Of a stretch of 64,000 bases of DNA, positions 9,311 to 19,379 are shown one piece after another (the stretch's first letter is position 1; every line of letters begins with the position of its first letter). Under the pieces are notes generated by a model. That model saw only the letters and a list, made by a program, of their open reading frames with translations. It was not told the DNA's origin and ran no database searches. Where the stretch lies: assembly GCA_963667725.2 (NCBI GenBank), contig CAXXHO010000003.1:192001-256000 (forward strand), given 5' to 3'. The stretch comes from Treponemataceae bacterium. Lineage in GTDB: Bacteria; Spirochaetota; Spirochaetia; Treponematales; Rectinemataceae. A program made the position numbers and the translations under genes.

Positions 9311-10251
9311 GATCGAGAGCCTTTTTCGACCTCGTTTTTTTCGAAAGCGTAGGTAGATGAACAGTAATGGCATTGGGTCTCGAGCGGCCATGGTCCATTT
9401 TCCAGGATATCGGCGATTATTGCCTTGTCCAGGGAAACGATGTGGTTCAGGAAGCGTTCTCGGGTGCAGGGGCAGTCGAAATGGAATTCGCTCTCGGCCG
9501 TCCTCAACGCCCCGACCTCGCCGAAGATCGATGCGATGAGGTTGTCCCTCGTCCCCCCTTGAGCGAACCAGAGTCCCAGCGGCGGCAGCGACTGGAGCTT
9601 CGACTCGGCAAGGGAGAGAAATTCGTCGTCCGCGCCGGGCATGGCCTGGAGGAGGAGGGCACCGGCCCCATGGGGATGGCCTTCCTGGGTAAAATAGATG
9701 CCAGAATCGATGGCGGTCCTGGTCTGTTCCGATTCGAAGAAGTAATGGGTAAGGTCCTTGTTGATGTTGCCTGTATGGAGAGGTACGGAGCCCATGAAGG
9801 GCTTCGATTCGCCTTCGATTCTCGTTATCGAGAGGGACCCTTGGCCGAAAAGGGCGTCGGGGGAATCGACGCTCATCGCTTCCTTGGGCAGCGGGTTTAC
9901 GAAGATTCTTCCTCGCGCGTTTATCCTACCCGAAGGCATCTTCATGCCTTCGGCGCTCATGCCTTCGGCGGGGCCGGAGCCGTCGATGCGCAGCATGATG
10001 CTTCCCGGGTCCTTGAGAAGCGAGGCCATAAGGCCGGCGCAGAGCATCCCTTTCCCCAGCGTCAGCGTTTCCAGGGGGCCAAGCCCGTGGTTCGCCCTCA
10101 ACTGGCAGATGGCCCGCGTGCCATGGACGAGAACGCCTCTCATCTGGATTTCGCTTCCGCGAGGGCCCATGGAAAACCATGTGACGCCATCGGGGCTCAA
10201 GGTCGAGAGGTGAAGTTCCAGGGAAGGATCGTTGAGTGCTTTCCTTATCAT
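9307..10251 (-). CDS. hslO: Hsp33 redox-regulated chaperone
   Basis: YFFESEQTRT, LLQAMPGA, C-terminal CPC...CHYC zinc motif. Confidence 0.88.
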   Translation of the reverse strand: MIRKALNDPSLELHLSTLSPDGVTWFSMGPRGSEIQMRGVLVHGTRAICQLRANHGLGPLETLTLGKGMLCAGLMASLLKDPGSIMLRIDGSGPAEGMSAEGMKMPSGRINARGRIFVNPLPKEAMSVDSPDALFGQGSLSITRIEGESKPFMGSVPLHTGNINKDLTHYFFESEQTRTAIDSGIYFTQEGHPHGAGALLLQAMPGADDEFLSLAESKLQSLPPLGLWFAQGGTRDNLIASIFGEVGALRTAESEFHFDCPCTRERFLNHIVSLDKAIIADILENGPWPLETQCHYCSSTYAFEKNEVEKGSRS

Positions 10252-10470
10252 GAGCGGAATGTACGCGCAAGGCGCCGCCCTGGTCAAGCGCGTCACGGTA
10301 TCGTCGCCGCTGGGTAATATTTTCCCGTAATGAGAAATTTCTCCAGTTTTAGGCTGATCCGTAATTAGCTTTTTCGAGCTTATATTGATCCGTTTTTCGC
10401 TAACTCATCAATTCGCTCTGTTATTTGACGATTTCTCTGGAAAATTCCCGAAAAATAATAATAATTAAAT

Positions 10471-10486
10471 TGGCATGATATTTGCA
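10471..10486 (+). promoter_or_regulatory. Sigma54 (-24/-12) promoter
   Basis: TGGCATGATATTTGCA matches TGGCAcg-N4-TTGCw; about 35 bp upstream of ATG 10522, within an AT-rich intergenic region. Confidence 0.75.
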
Positions 10487-10521
10487 TTAATAATCTACGC
10501 TATCGTTCTCAAGGAGGAATC

Positions 10522-11412
10522 ATGAGGGTGAAAAATCTGAAACTGAAGAAGGGCGCGGGGAATATCAGGCATATCGTGCAGGCCGCTTTTTTCGTGATCG
10601 TGGCGATCACGACCACGGCGTCCATCCTGAACGAAAAAGGATTGGCCATACCATTCATACCGGATGCCTCGCTCCATGCGGTATGTCCCTTCGGCGGCGT
10701 GGTTTCGTTCTGGCAGCTTTTGAATTTCGGAACGCTCGTGAAAAAGGTTCATGAGTCTTCGGTCGTCCTGGCCGTGCTCGGGCTTCTGCTCGCACTTCTT
10801 TTTGGCCCGGTTATCTGCGGTTGGGTATGCCCCTTCGGCACCTTCCAGGAATGGATGGGAAAGCTGGGAAGAAAGCTGTTCGGCAAGAAGTACAACAACT
10901 TCGTGCCGCGCCGATTGGATAAGGCGCTGCGCTATCTGCGCTACCTCGTCCTCATATGGGTCAGCTACATGACGATCATCTCCGGAAAACTCATCTTCCA
11001 GGACTACGATCCTTACTTCACTCTCTTCAATTTCTGGACGGGAGAGGTCGCGATCACCGGTTATATAGCGCTCGCGCTTGTCATCGTGCTGTCGCTCTTC
11101 GTCGAGAGACCTTTCTGCAAATATGCCTGTCCCTATGGCGCCGTCCAGGGAATCTTCAATCTGTTCAGGATTTTCGGAATTAGGCGGAACGCGCCGTCCT
11201 GCATTTCCTGCAAGAAATGCGATAAAGCTTGCCCGATGAACATCGAGGTTTCGACTTCGAAGGTCGTGAGGGATCATCAGTGCATTTCCTGCCTCGAGTG
11301 CACGAGCGACGCGGCATGCCCGGTATCGGCCACCGTCGAGATGCTCGCGTTGCCGGGAAGTGTCAAGGACAACTTCGTAAAGCCGGCAGTCAAAAACGCG
11401 GACAAGGAATAG
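10522..11412 (+). CDS. Membrane polyferredoxin, NapH/MauN-like 4Fe-4S binding protein
   Basis: CPFGG, CGWVCP, FCKYACP, CISCKKCDKACP, CISCLEC...CP; several TM segments; RBS AAGGAGG. Confidence 0.9.
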   Translation: MRVKNLKLKKGAGNIRHIVQAAFFVIVAITTTASILNEKGLAIPFIPDASLHAVCPFGGVVSFWQLLNFGTLVKKVHESSVVLAVLGLLLALLFGPVICGWVCPFGTFQEWMGKLGRKLFGKKYNNFVPRRLDKALRYLRYLVLIWVSYMTIISGKLIFQDYDPYFTLFNFWTGEVAITGYIALALVIVLSLFVERPFCKYACPYGAVQGIFNLFRIFGIRRNAPSCISCKKCDKACPMNIEVSTSKVVRDHQCISCLECTSDAACPVSATVEMLALPGSVKDNFVKPAVKNADKE

Positions 11413-11424
11413 GGGAGGCCGAGC

Positions 11425-12285
11425 ATGAAACTTACAATAAAATCCATGGGGATCATCGTTGTTGGCGCTTTCGTCGTGGGTATAGCCGGCGCCGCTGTCC
11501 TGGGATTCTGGAAGACGACGAGCTCCAAGCAGCCTGTCGCCATCAAGGAAGGTGAATTCGCCGGTCTTCCCAATCCTTCCGATATACGCGGTTCCTATAC
11601 CTGGGCCGATGTGGCAAAAGCCTTCAACTTTGATGTAAAGCTCGCTCTGGACGCTTTTGGCGCCACCAGCGAGACCGAAAAAGTGAACACCCTCGAAACG
11701 ATCTACGGCGAAGCGGGCTTGCCAGAGGGCGTGGAAATAGGCACCGATTCCGTGAGGCTCTTCGTGAGCCTGCTCACTGGGCTGCCCCATACGCCCGAAG
11801 AGGGGACGATACTTCCATCCTCCGCGATCGCCGTGCTCCGCGAAAACGGTAAGGCCGAAACCTCACTCATCGAAGCCGCGGCGGCGAAGGCCTACGATCC
11901 TGCGGCCGCCGCGAGCCCCGCTCCAGCGAGTCCGGCCGCCGCGAGTCCGGCGCTAAAAAGCGAATCGCCGGCGAGCGCATCCCCCGCGAGCCCAGCGCCG
12001 ACACCAGCCCCAGCGGCTTTATCGTCGACTACGACGATAGCGACAACCACGACGGTCAAGGCGGAGAGCGCGGCCGTTGAGCATGTCGCCACGCCGGGCA
12101 CCATAACGGGCAAGACGACCTTCAAGGAACTGAAGGACTGGGGTTTGGATGAGGAGAAGATCAAGACCGCCACGGGCGGGAAAATCGGTCCCGACAGCTC
12201 GGTGATCAAGGACTGGGCCGCGGCCAACGGGCTTACTTTCTCGGAGCTGAAGGTCAAGCTCCAGGAACTTTTCCCGGCCCCATGA
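11425..12285 (+). CDS. Membrane-anchored hypothetical protein with Ala/Pro/Ser/Thr linker
   Basis: RBS GGAGG; N-terminal hydrophobic helix; two small domains separated by a low-complexity linker; 12 bp after the polyferredoxin stop. Confidence 0.8.
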   Translation: MKLTIKSMGIIVVGAFVVGIAGAAVLGFWKTTSSKQPVAIKEGEFAGLPNPSDIRGSYTWADVAKAFNFDVKLALDAFGATSETEKVNTLETIYGEAGLPEGVEIGTDSVRLFVSLLTGLPHTPEEGTILPSSAIAVLRENGKAETSLIEAAAAKAYDPAAAASPAPASPAAASPALKSESPASASPASPAPTPAPAALSSTTTIATTTTVKAESAAVEHVATPGTITGKTTFKELKDWGLDEEKIKTATGGKIGPDSSVIKDWAAANGLTFSELKVKLQELFPAP

Positions 12286-12307
12286 AGCCCTAAGTCGGGG
12301 ACTGAGC

Positions 12308-12922
12308 CTATCGTCCTATAACGGAGTTAATGAAGGTGACGAGAACGTCGAGAGCCCTCTCGTTCGCGCCACCTTCGGGTATTATGATGTCGGCGAAGGA
12401 TTTCGTGGGTTCGATGAATTCATAGTGCCCCGGGCGGACGACGGTCAGATACTGTTCGACGACAGAATCCAGGGTCCTGCCGCGTTCCTTGATGTCGCGA
12501 ATGAGCCTTCGGATGAACCTGATGTCGTCAGGCGTATCCACGAAAATCTTCAGATCGATGAGATCGCGCACCGCCTTGTTGGTGAAGATCATTATGCCTT
12601 CGAACAGGATCACCTTTTGCGGCGCCATATGCACCGTTTCCTGCGTCCGCCTATGGTGGACGAAGTCATAGGTGGGCATTTCGATGCCCTCGCCTTTCTT
12701 GAGCGCCGTCAGGTGCTCGATGAGGAGTTCGTTGTCGAAGGCGTCGGGGTGGTCGAAATTGAAAGCGGTGATGTTGGCGTTCGAAATGTATTCGGCTGAT
12801 TTGTAATAATTATCCTGAGGTATGAAAACGAAGTCGGAGACCAGTTCCGAAATTTTCCTGACGATGGTGGTCTTGCCCGAACCCGTGCCGCCGCAGATGC
12901 CTATCACTTTAGAAGCTGTCAT
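12308..12922 (-). CDS. udk: Uridine kinase
   Basis: [45 protein letters not shown]. Confidence 0.95.
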   Translation of the reverse strand: MTASKVIGICGGTGSGKTTIVRKISELVSDFVFIPQDNYYKSAEYISNANITAFNFDHPDAFDNELLIEHLTALKKGEGIEMPTYDFVHHRRTQETVHMAPQKVILFEGIMIFTNKAVRDLIDLKIFVDTPDDIRFIRRLIRDIKERGRTLDSVVEQYLTVVRPGHYEFIEPTKSFADIIIPEGGANERALDVLVTFINSVIGR

Positions 12923-13000
12923 CCGATAAGCCTAGCACGGGACGCGAAAAGCGTAAATGAGCTAAAGAAGGGAGCGAACGGAATACGGATAGTCGCCGCG

Positions 13001-13051
13001 GCGATCGCCAGGCATCGCCAGGCGATCATTGCCAGGCGATCATTGCCAGGC
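13001..13051. repeat. Short tandem repeat over the nitroreductase stop codon
   Basis: CGATCATTGCCAGG twice (13023-13050), preceded by two shorter ATCGCCAGG units. Confidence 0.7.
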
Positions 13052-13612
13052 AACGCCAAAACTGTCCATGAAGAATGTATCCCCGAGCGGCTTGCGGCTC
13101 CGCGCCGAATCTTCGCTCTTCCTCGGGCCTTCGGCCAGGAGGGCAGGATCGCCGGGCTTTCCCACAGCCATCACGCAGAGGGCGACCAGCTCAGACGGAA
13201 TCCCGAGCGCTGTCTTCATCTTGGCCGGCGCGAAGCCCGCCATCGGATGGGCGTAGAGGCCTTCCCTCTGCGCCTGAAGCTGGAGCGCCATCGCCGCCTG
13301 GCCGAGATCGAAGAAAGAATAGTCCCTCCCGCCGTCCTGCCTGCAGTCCAGGTGGGGGCCTGTCGCGAAAATAAGGAGGAGGGGAGCGGCCAGGGCCCAG
13401 GAATTGCCCGGCGTCAGCGCCTCGGCCACCGCCTTGTAGCAGTCGTTCCCTTCCCGCTTTTCCACGGCGATGATACGCCATGGCTGATTGTTGAAACATG
13501 AAGGCGCGAGGGAAGCCGCCTCAAGCAGCCTGGCAATGGTTTTCCTGTCGAGGGCTTCCCCGGAAATCGCCCTTCGCGCCCTTCGGCCCACCAGCTCAGG
13601 AAGCAGATCCAT
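13040..13612 (-). CDS. Nitroreductase family protein
   Basis: RRARRA, LAPSCFNNQPW, FDLGQAAMALQLQA, HPMAGF, RSRKPL; GGAGG before 13612. Confidence 0.9.
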   Translation of the reverse strand: MDLLPELVGRRARRAISGEALDRKTIARLLEAASLAPSCFNNQPWRIIAVEKREGNDCYKAVAEALTPGNSWALAAPLLLIFATGPHLDCRQDGGRDYSFFDLGQAAMALQLQAQREGLYAHPMAGFAPAKMKTALGIPSELVALCVMAVGKPGDPALLAEGPRKSEDSARSRKPLGDTFFMDSFGVAWQ

Positions 13613-14486
13613 GCTTTCCTCCATTCATGAGAAATCGTTCCACTTCGTCGACCATGGAATCCGGTGTCGAGGCGCCGGCCGAAAGCCCGACTTTGTCGAA
13701 GGCGAAAATCTCGTCGGGCAGTTCCTCCGCCGTCTCTATATGCCATGCCGGCTTGCCCGATTCCAGGGCGGCCATGAAAAGGCGCTGCGTGTTGGCCGAA
13801 TTTTTCCCGCCGACGATGATGAGTGCGTCCACCTGGCCCGCGAGCTTCGCGAGGGCGTCCTGTCTTTCGCCTGTCGCGGGGCACAGGGTTTCTACCACCA
13901 GGAAGGAGGGGCTCAGGCTCTGGAACTGGGCGACGATGGCGTCATACTCGCTCTGTTTGATGGTCGTCTGGGCTATCAGGGCCACGGGGCGCGCCACCCA
14001 GGATTCGGCCAGCGCCCTGGCTTCCTGGGCGTTTTCCACGACCACCGCTCCTGGGGCGCAGCCGAGAATGCCGGCGACTTCCCCATGGGAACGGTCACCG
14101 GCTATGGCGACAGAATATCCCCGATCGATCAGTTCGCTTGCCTTTTTCTGGCTCCTGAGCACGCGAGGGCAGGTTGCGTCCATGATACGGGCTCCCAGTC
14201 GCTTGAGGTGCTCGAAGGCTTCAGGGGGAGCTCCGTGAGCCCTGATGACGACGATGGAACCGCTTGCCTTCCCGTCCAGCGATCCCGAATCGAACTGTTC
14301 CGGATCGAGCACGCTCAAGCCTGCTTTTTCAAGCTCGGCAACCGCCTGGGGATTGTGAATGAGGGGGCCATAGGTGAAAACGGGGCGGCCTTCTTTCTGT
14401 CCCTCGCCGGCAGCCTGCCTGGCCATCGCCTCGGCTCGCCGGACGCCCATGCACATCCCGAGAACACCAGCTCTTATTATTGTCAT
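13596..14486 (-). CDS. ispH: 4-hydroxy-3-methylbut-2-enyl diphosphate reductase
   Basis: GMCMGVRRA, LIHN, IRAHG, DATCP, AQTT, TLCPAT, SANT, AGASTP. Confidence 0.95.
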   Translation of the reverse strand: MTIIRAGVLGMCMGVRRAEAMARQAAGEGQKEGRPVFTYGPLIHNPQAVAELEKAGLSVLDPEQFDSGSLDGKASGSIVVIRAHGAPPEAFEHLKRLGARIMDATCPRVLRSQKKASELIDRGYSVAIAGDRSHGEVAGILGCAPGAVVVENAQEARALAESWVARPVALIAQTTIKQSEYDAIVAQFQSLSPSFLVVETLCPATGERQDALAKLAGQVDALIIVGGKNSANTQRLFMAALESGKPAWHIETAEELPDEIFAFDKVGLSAGASTPDSMVDEVERFLMNGGKHGSAS

Positions 14487-14548
14487 ATGGCGACTATACA
14501 TCAGCCTCAGCCTTTTGTCATTCCGGTTTTCGCTCGCTTACCGGGCAT

Positions 14549-14638
14549 AAAGCATAAATATCCAATAATTATAAATAATTATATAATAAAAGAATAGGGC
14601 ATTATCCCGCTTGCCGGACGGGCAAAAAATGATATACT
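14549..14638 (+). promoter_or_regulatory. Tandem ARG-box-like sites and arcC promoter
   Basis: AGCATAAATATCCA (14551) and TAAATAATTATATA (14572), 21 bp apart; TTGCCG (14611)-16 nt-TATACT (14633) with an extended TGn. Confidence 0.55.
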
Positions 14639-14715
14639 GGCAGGTCTGCGTAGCGCGGGCGCGGATACGCAAAATAGTTTTCCGAAGTCAGCCGCGTTTG
14701 CCGAAAGGAGAGATG

Positions 14716-15660
14716 ATGACGAACCGAAAGACTATTGTCGTGGCCATGGGCGGAAATGCCATTATCGAGGAAGGCACCGAGGGAACCATCACGCAGCAGT
14801 TCGCCAATACGAGAAAAAGCCTCGCGGCCGTAGTCGGCATGATAAGCGAAGGCCACAAGGTCGTTCTGACCCATGGCAATGGCCCGCAGGCCGGCGTCCA
14901 TCTCATCCGCAACGAAGCGGCGAGCGCTCAGGTGCCGCCATCCCCCCTCGGCGTCATCGTCGCCGACACGCAGGGGTCGATGGGCTACATGATAGCCCAG
15001 AGCCTTCAGAACGCCCTGCTCAAGCACGGCGTCAACAAACAGGTAGTGACGATCATCACGCAGGTCGAAGTCGATCCGAAAGACCCCTCCATGCTGAATC
15101 CGACCAAGTATGTCGGGCCTTTCTACAGGGCTGACCAGGTCGAGAAGCTCCGCGAGCGAGGCTGGCAGATCAAGGAAGATCCGGGCCGCGGCTTTCGCAG
15201 GGTCGTTCCCAGCCCCATCCCGCTCGATGTCGTCGAGAAAGATACGATCAAGGACCTCGTCGATGACGGGAAGATCGTCATCGCCGTGGGCGGGGGCGGC
15301 GTGCCCGTCTATCGCGAGCCCGACGGCAGCCTGGAAGGCGTCGATGCCGTCATCGACAAGGACAGGGCGTCCTCACTGTTAGCGAACCTGATCAACGCCG
15401 ACGAACTCATCATCCTGACCGGGGTCGACAAGGTTGCCATCAATTTCAAGAAGCCCAACCAGCGGTTTTTCGACCATATGACCGTCGCCGAATGCGAGGG
15501 CTATCTGGCCGAGGGACAGTTTCCCAAGGGCTCGATGGGCCCTAAAATCGAGGCCGCCTGCGATTTCATCAAGAGGGGCGGGGCGCGCGTCATCATCACG
15601 TCCATGGAGAACGCCAGCCTTGCCGTGGACGGTAAGGCCGGCACTGTCATAACGGCCTGA
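14716..15660 (+). CDS. arcC: Carbamate kinase
   Basis: VVAMGGNA, THGNGPQ, PTKYVGPFY, RRVVPSP, AVIDKD, GSMGPK. Confidence 0.95.
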   Translation: MTNRKTIVVAMGGNAIIEEGTEGTITQQFANTRKSLAAVVGMISEGHKVVLTHGNGPQAGVHLIRNEAASAQVPPSPLGVIVADTQGSMGYMIAQSLQNALLKHGVNKQVVTIITQVEVDPKDPSMLNPTKYVGPFYRADQVEKLRERGWQIKEDPGRGFRRVVPSPIPLDVVEKDTIKDLVDDGKIVIAVGGGGVPVYREPDGSLEGVDAVIDKDRASSLLANLINADELIILTGVDKVAINFKKPNQRFFDHMTVAECEGYLAEGQFPKGSMGPKIEAACDFIKRGGARVIITSMENASLAVDGKAGTVITA

Positions 15661-15756
15661 GCCTGTCCTTCCCGCGTTCCGCATCGCAATGTTTAGCTTG
15701 ACGAGTCTCTTGTATCCGTGGTACTTTTTTTCGAATCTTTACACAAAGGATTGCAT

Positions 15757-16146
15757 ATGAATGCTATTTCCAAAGGCTTAGTCCTTCTTCAAGCTGCGGC
15801 TGCCAACCCCACCGGACAGATGGTTTCGACCCTCGTAACCTTCGGTCTCGTCTTCGTCGTCTTCTACTTCCTCATCATCCGCCCGCAGAACAAGAAGCAG
15901 AAAGAGATGAAGAACATGATCGCCGGCGTCAAGAAAGGCGACAAGATCGTGACCATCGGCGGCATCCATGGCACGGTTCACGCCGTCAAGGAAGGCACCG
16001 TTGTCGTCAAAGTCGACGATGACTGCAAGATCGAGTTCTCCAAGTCCGCGGTCGCCACGGTCTCCGTTGCCAAGACCGAGGAAAAACCCGTAGAAGTCCC
16101 CGCACAGACCGAAAAAGCTGAAAAAGCCGAAGAAGAAAAGAAATAG
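15757..16146 (+). CDS. yajC: Preprotein translocase subunit YajC
   Basis: FYFLIIRPQNKKQK, KGDKIVTIGGIHG; upstream of secD. Confidence 0.95.
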   Translation: MNAISKGLVLLQAAAANPTGQMVSTLVTFGLVFVVFYFLIIRPQNKKQKEMKNMIAGVKKGDKIVTIGGIHGTVHAVKEGTVVVKVDDDCKIEFSKSAVATVSVAKTEEKPVEVPAQTEKAEKAEEEKK

Positions 16147-16266
16147 TATCGAAGGCTTGACCTCCTCCTCACGGGAGCACTCTGATCTTCATCTCCACGC
16201 CGCGTTTCGGCGTCAGAGGTCGGGGTCTGGCCATGTCAATGCGATATACAATGTGGAGTTATCGGA

Positions 16267-17997
16267 ATGAGTAAAATCCGTCGTCTGATCATCGTGCTTC
16301 TGGTGTTTGCCGTCTCCTTTGCCTTCCTGTTTCCGACGATACAGTGGTATGCCCTGACGCCGAAGGAAGATCAGGCGACAGCGGTTGGCTCGCGCGAGCA
16401 GATTCGAGATTATTCCCGCAGGATGGCCTACGCTTCCCTCGCGGAAATAAAGAACAAAGCGGCCGCTGGCGACACAACCGATCTTTCCAGGGAATATGAT
16501 GTCGTCGCCCTCGTCGCGAAAAACGCGTATAGAACCACAAAGCGCGCGGTTCCCGCTGAAATGACGGCAGCCAATCTCCTCATGGCCTTTTCCAACGAAA
16601 GGTCCATGTTTGACGCTGTCGAGTCCAAATACAGGGAAAAGGCGCTCAAGCTGAAGGATCTGCACGGCAACGCTGTCCAGCTGGGCCTCGACCTCGCGGG
16701 CGGCATGTCCGTCATCATTCAGACTGACATGGATGCGCTCTCCGAGAAAATGGGACATGAGCTTTCCTCCGCGGAAAAAGAAGACGCCATGCAGCGGGCC
16801 GTCGAAGTGCTCAATAGCCGCATCGACCAATTCGGCCTAACCGAGCCTGTCATCAGGCGCCAGGGCGCTGACCAAATCTACGTCGAAATTCCAGGCACTG
16901 CCGATCCGGAAAGGATCAACTCCATCATCATGGGCAAAGGCAACCTCGGATTCTATATAGTAGACTCCGAAGCCACGTCCGCGCTCAGCTCCTATCTGGC
17001 CAATAATCCTCTCGGCGTCGACGAGAAGACGATGACGGCTTCCGAGCCCGGAATCGTTCCCGAGGGCAAGATAATCCTGAAAGTCTATACGAAAGACAGC
17101 TACGGCCTCGACGAGTTCACCGGTGAATATCTCGTTGCCGAAGGCAAGCCCGGTCTTGATGGAAGCCATGTCCAGAGCGCGACGGTATCCAGCGATCAGA
17201 TCACAGGCCAGCCCGAGACGAACTTCGTTCTCGACAAGGAGGGCGGGGATCTTTTCTACGAATTGACCTCAGCCAATGTCGGGAAGTCCATGGCCGTCGT
17301 CCTGGACAACAGAGTCAAGTCCTACGCCAGAATTCAGGAACCCATCCGCGAATCGGTGCGCATCACCGGCTTCAATTCCGATGAAGCCCAGAATCTCGCG
17401 ACGCTGCTCAGAACCGCCGCTCTCCCCCTTTCCATGACGGTGGAGAACCAGCAGGCGATCGGCGCCTCGCTCGGCGAGGATGCCATATCCCAGGGCAAGA
17501 ACGCCATCCTTGTGGGTCTTCTGGCCGTTTTCGTGTTCATGTTCGCATACTATAAAGGCGCCGGCATCAACGGCACGGTCGCCCAAATCGTCAACCTCTT
17601 CATCATGATCTCAGTGCTTACCGCCTTCAAATTGACCTTGACCCTGCCTTCCATAGCGGGCTTCGTCCTAACGGTGGGAATGGCGGTCGACGCGAACGTC
17701 GTCATATTCGAACGAATTAAGGAAGAGATGCGTGACGGGAAGTCGAGGAAAGCGGCCATAGAAGCCGGATTCCACAAGGCTTTCTGGGCGGTTATGGACT
17801 CTAATATTACGACGATCATAGCCGCGCTTTTCCTCGCCCAGCTGGGATCGGGATCCATTCAGGGTTTCGCGATTTCCCTCGCCATCGGCAACATGACGAG
17901 TCTTTTCACCTCGCTCTTTGTTTCCAAGCTTATCTTTGATTTCGAGACCGATGTTCTTCATAAAAAGAGCGTCTCCATCAGCTGGAGGATCAAGTAA
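16267..17997 (+). CDS. secD: Protein translocase subunit SecD
   Basis: LGLDLAGG, RIDQFGLTEP, IGASLG, GMAVDANVVIFERIKEE. Confidence 0.96.
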   Translation: MSKIRRLIIVLLVFAVSFAFLFPTIQWYALTPKEDQATAVGSREQIRDYSRRMAYASLAEIKNKAAAGDTTDLSREYDVVALVAKNAYRTTKRAVPAEMTAANLLMAFSNERSMFDAVESKYREKALKLKDLHGNAVQLGLDLAGGMSVIIQTDMDALSEKMGHELSSAEKEDAMQRAVEVLNSRIDQFGLTEPVIRRQGADQIYVEIPGTADPERINSIIMGKGNLGFYIVDSEATSALSSYLANNPLGVDEKTMTASEPGIVPEGKIILKVYTKDSYGLDEFTGEYLVAEGKPGLDGSHVQSATVSSDQITGQPETNFVLDKEGGDLFYELTSANVGKSMAVVLDNRVKSYARIQEPIRESVRITGFNSDEAQNLATLLRTAALPLSMTVENQQAIGASLGEDAISQGKNAILVGLLAVFVFMFAYYKGAGINGTVAQIVNLFIMISVLTAFKLTLTLPSIAGFVLTVGMAVDANVVIFERIKEEMRDGKSRKAAIEAGFHKAFWAVMDSNITTIIAALFLAQLGSGSIQGFAISLAIGNMTSLFTSLFVSKLIFDFETDVLHKKSVSISWRIK

Positions 17998-19257
17998 ATG
18001 AAACGCGTCATCAGGTTCAGCCAATTTTTTAAGCCTGCCTTCATTATTTCAGCGATCCTCATCCTGATTGGGCTTTTCGGGTATGTAACGAAAGGATTCA
18101 ACCTGGGCGTGGACTTCCAGGCCGGCGTCAACCAGACCGTCCAGCTCGCCTACCCGGTGGCGAATGTCAATTATTCCGGCAAGGGCAACGCCGAGCTCCG
18201 CATTTCGGAGAAAGAGATCACGCTCGTGTTTTCTGGCGCTGAAGTTGAGCAGAGGACGGTTCAGCTGGATTACCAGACCTATCCGACCCTCGCTGAAATA
18301 GCCCAAGCCTTGGCGGCGGAGCCTTCCGTGGCGATCGTTCTCGAGCCTGGCCAGGAAAACGCGGCATCCGCGCTGCTTGTCCCCACCTATCAGGGCAATA
18401 CGCTCATAAGCCAGAAGCCCATGACGCTTCATAGGGCCCCCTCCAGCGATTCCGAGCTTTTCGCTTCGATAGACGATGTGCGAAGCTCAATCACCGGTTT
18501 CGGCGAAATCTCCGTACAGACCGTGAAGCCCGCGTCCAACCAGCGCTATCTGATCCGCGTTCAGGACAACGGCACCGATCCCAATTTTACCGCTTCGGCA
18601 CGCAACGCAATCCTTACCGGCCTCGAAGCGAAATTCGGCGAGAACAGGGTCGTAGAGCTCAAGACGGATTTCGTCGGCGCCAGGTTTTCCGAAAACCTTT
18701 CCAAAACATCCCTTTTCCTCGTCATCGCGACGCTAGCCCTCATTCTCGTGTACTCCACCATTCGCTTTAAAATCGATTTCGCCCTGGGCGCCGTTCTGGC
18801 CATCGCTCACGACGCGCTCATCATGGTGGGATTCATAGTCTGGACGCGTATGGAATTCAACTCGACGACGATAGCGGCCATTCTCACCATCCTTGGATAC
18901 TCCATCAACGACACGATCGTTCAGTTCGACCGCGTGCGTGAGGAAAGAAAACTAAGGCCAAATGACAAGTTCGTGGATGTCATCGATTCGGCGCTTACGG
19001 TAACGCTTGGAAGGACGATCATCACCACGTCGACCACCATGCTCACCGTTCTGGCCCTGTTCTTTTTCACGACCGGTAGCATGAAGGATTTTGCCCTCGC
19101 GCTCTTCGTGGGCATGATTTCGGGAACCTATTCAACGATCTTTATCGCCAGCGGTTTCATCGACTGGTGGAATAGGCGATCCCTCAAAAAGGGCAGAGGA
19201 AAGAAGGCTGAAAAGGCCGCTCCGTCCTCGAACGCCGCGGCCGAAAATCAGGCCTGA
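17998..19257 (+). CDS. secF: Protein translocase subunit SecF
   Basis: NLGVDFQAG, LAIAHD, GYSINDTIVQFDRVRE, GTYSTIFIA. Confidence 0.96.
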   Translation: MKRVIRFSQFFKPAFIISAILILIGLFGYVTKGFNLGVDFQAGVNQTVQLAYPVANVNYSGKGNAELRISEKEITLVFSGAEVEQRTVQLDYQTYPTLAEIAQALAAEPSVAIVLEPGQENAASALLVPTYQGNTLISQKPMTLHRAPSSDSELFASIDDVRSSITGFGEISVQTVKPASNQRYLIRVQDNGTDPNFTASARNAILTGLEAKFGENRVVELKTDFVGARFSENLSKTSLFLVIATLALILVYSTIRFKIDFALGAVLAIAHDALIMVGFIVWTRMEFNSTTIAAILTILGYSINDTIVQFDRVREERKLRPNDKFVDVIDSALTVTLGRTIITTSTTMLTVLALFFFTTGSMKDFALALFVGMISGTYSTIFIASGFIDWWNRRSLKKGRGKKAEKAAPSSNAAAENQA

Positions 19258-19379
19258 GTTTGCTTCTTTGCCTGAAAAAGAGTGCCGGGAAGCGAAGCCG
19301 AGGCTTCTTTTCCGGCACTTCCATTAACAGGCGGCACTTTACATAAATGGGGTGGATAGGTTATATTTTCACCCGCATC

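Noticed and set aside
11650..11672. DAFGATS as a flavinylation site in the polyferredoxin partner
   Set aside because: It lacks the Ser/Thr before GAT, and no apbE is in the window
11900..12060. Repetitive GCGAGYCC units
   Set aside because: They encode the in-frame Ala-Ser-Pro linker; not a CRISPR or DNA-level array
16150..16260. Possible ncRNA between yajC and secD
   Set aside because: Only weak hairpins and no recognisable family motif
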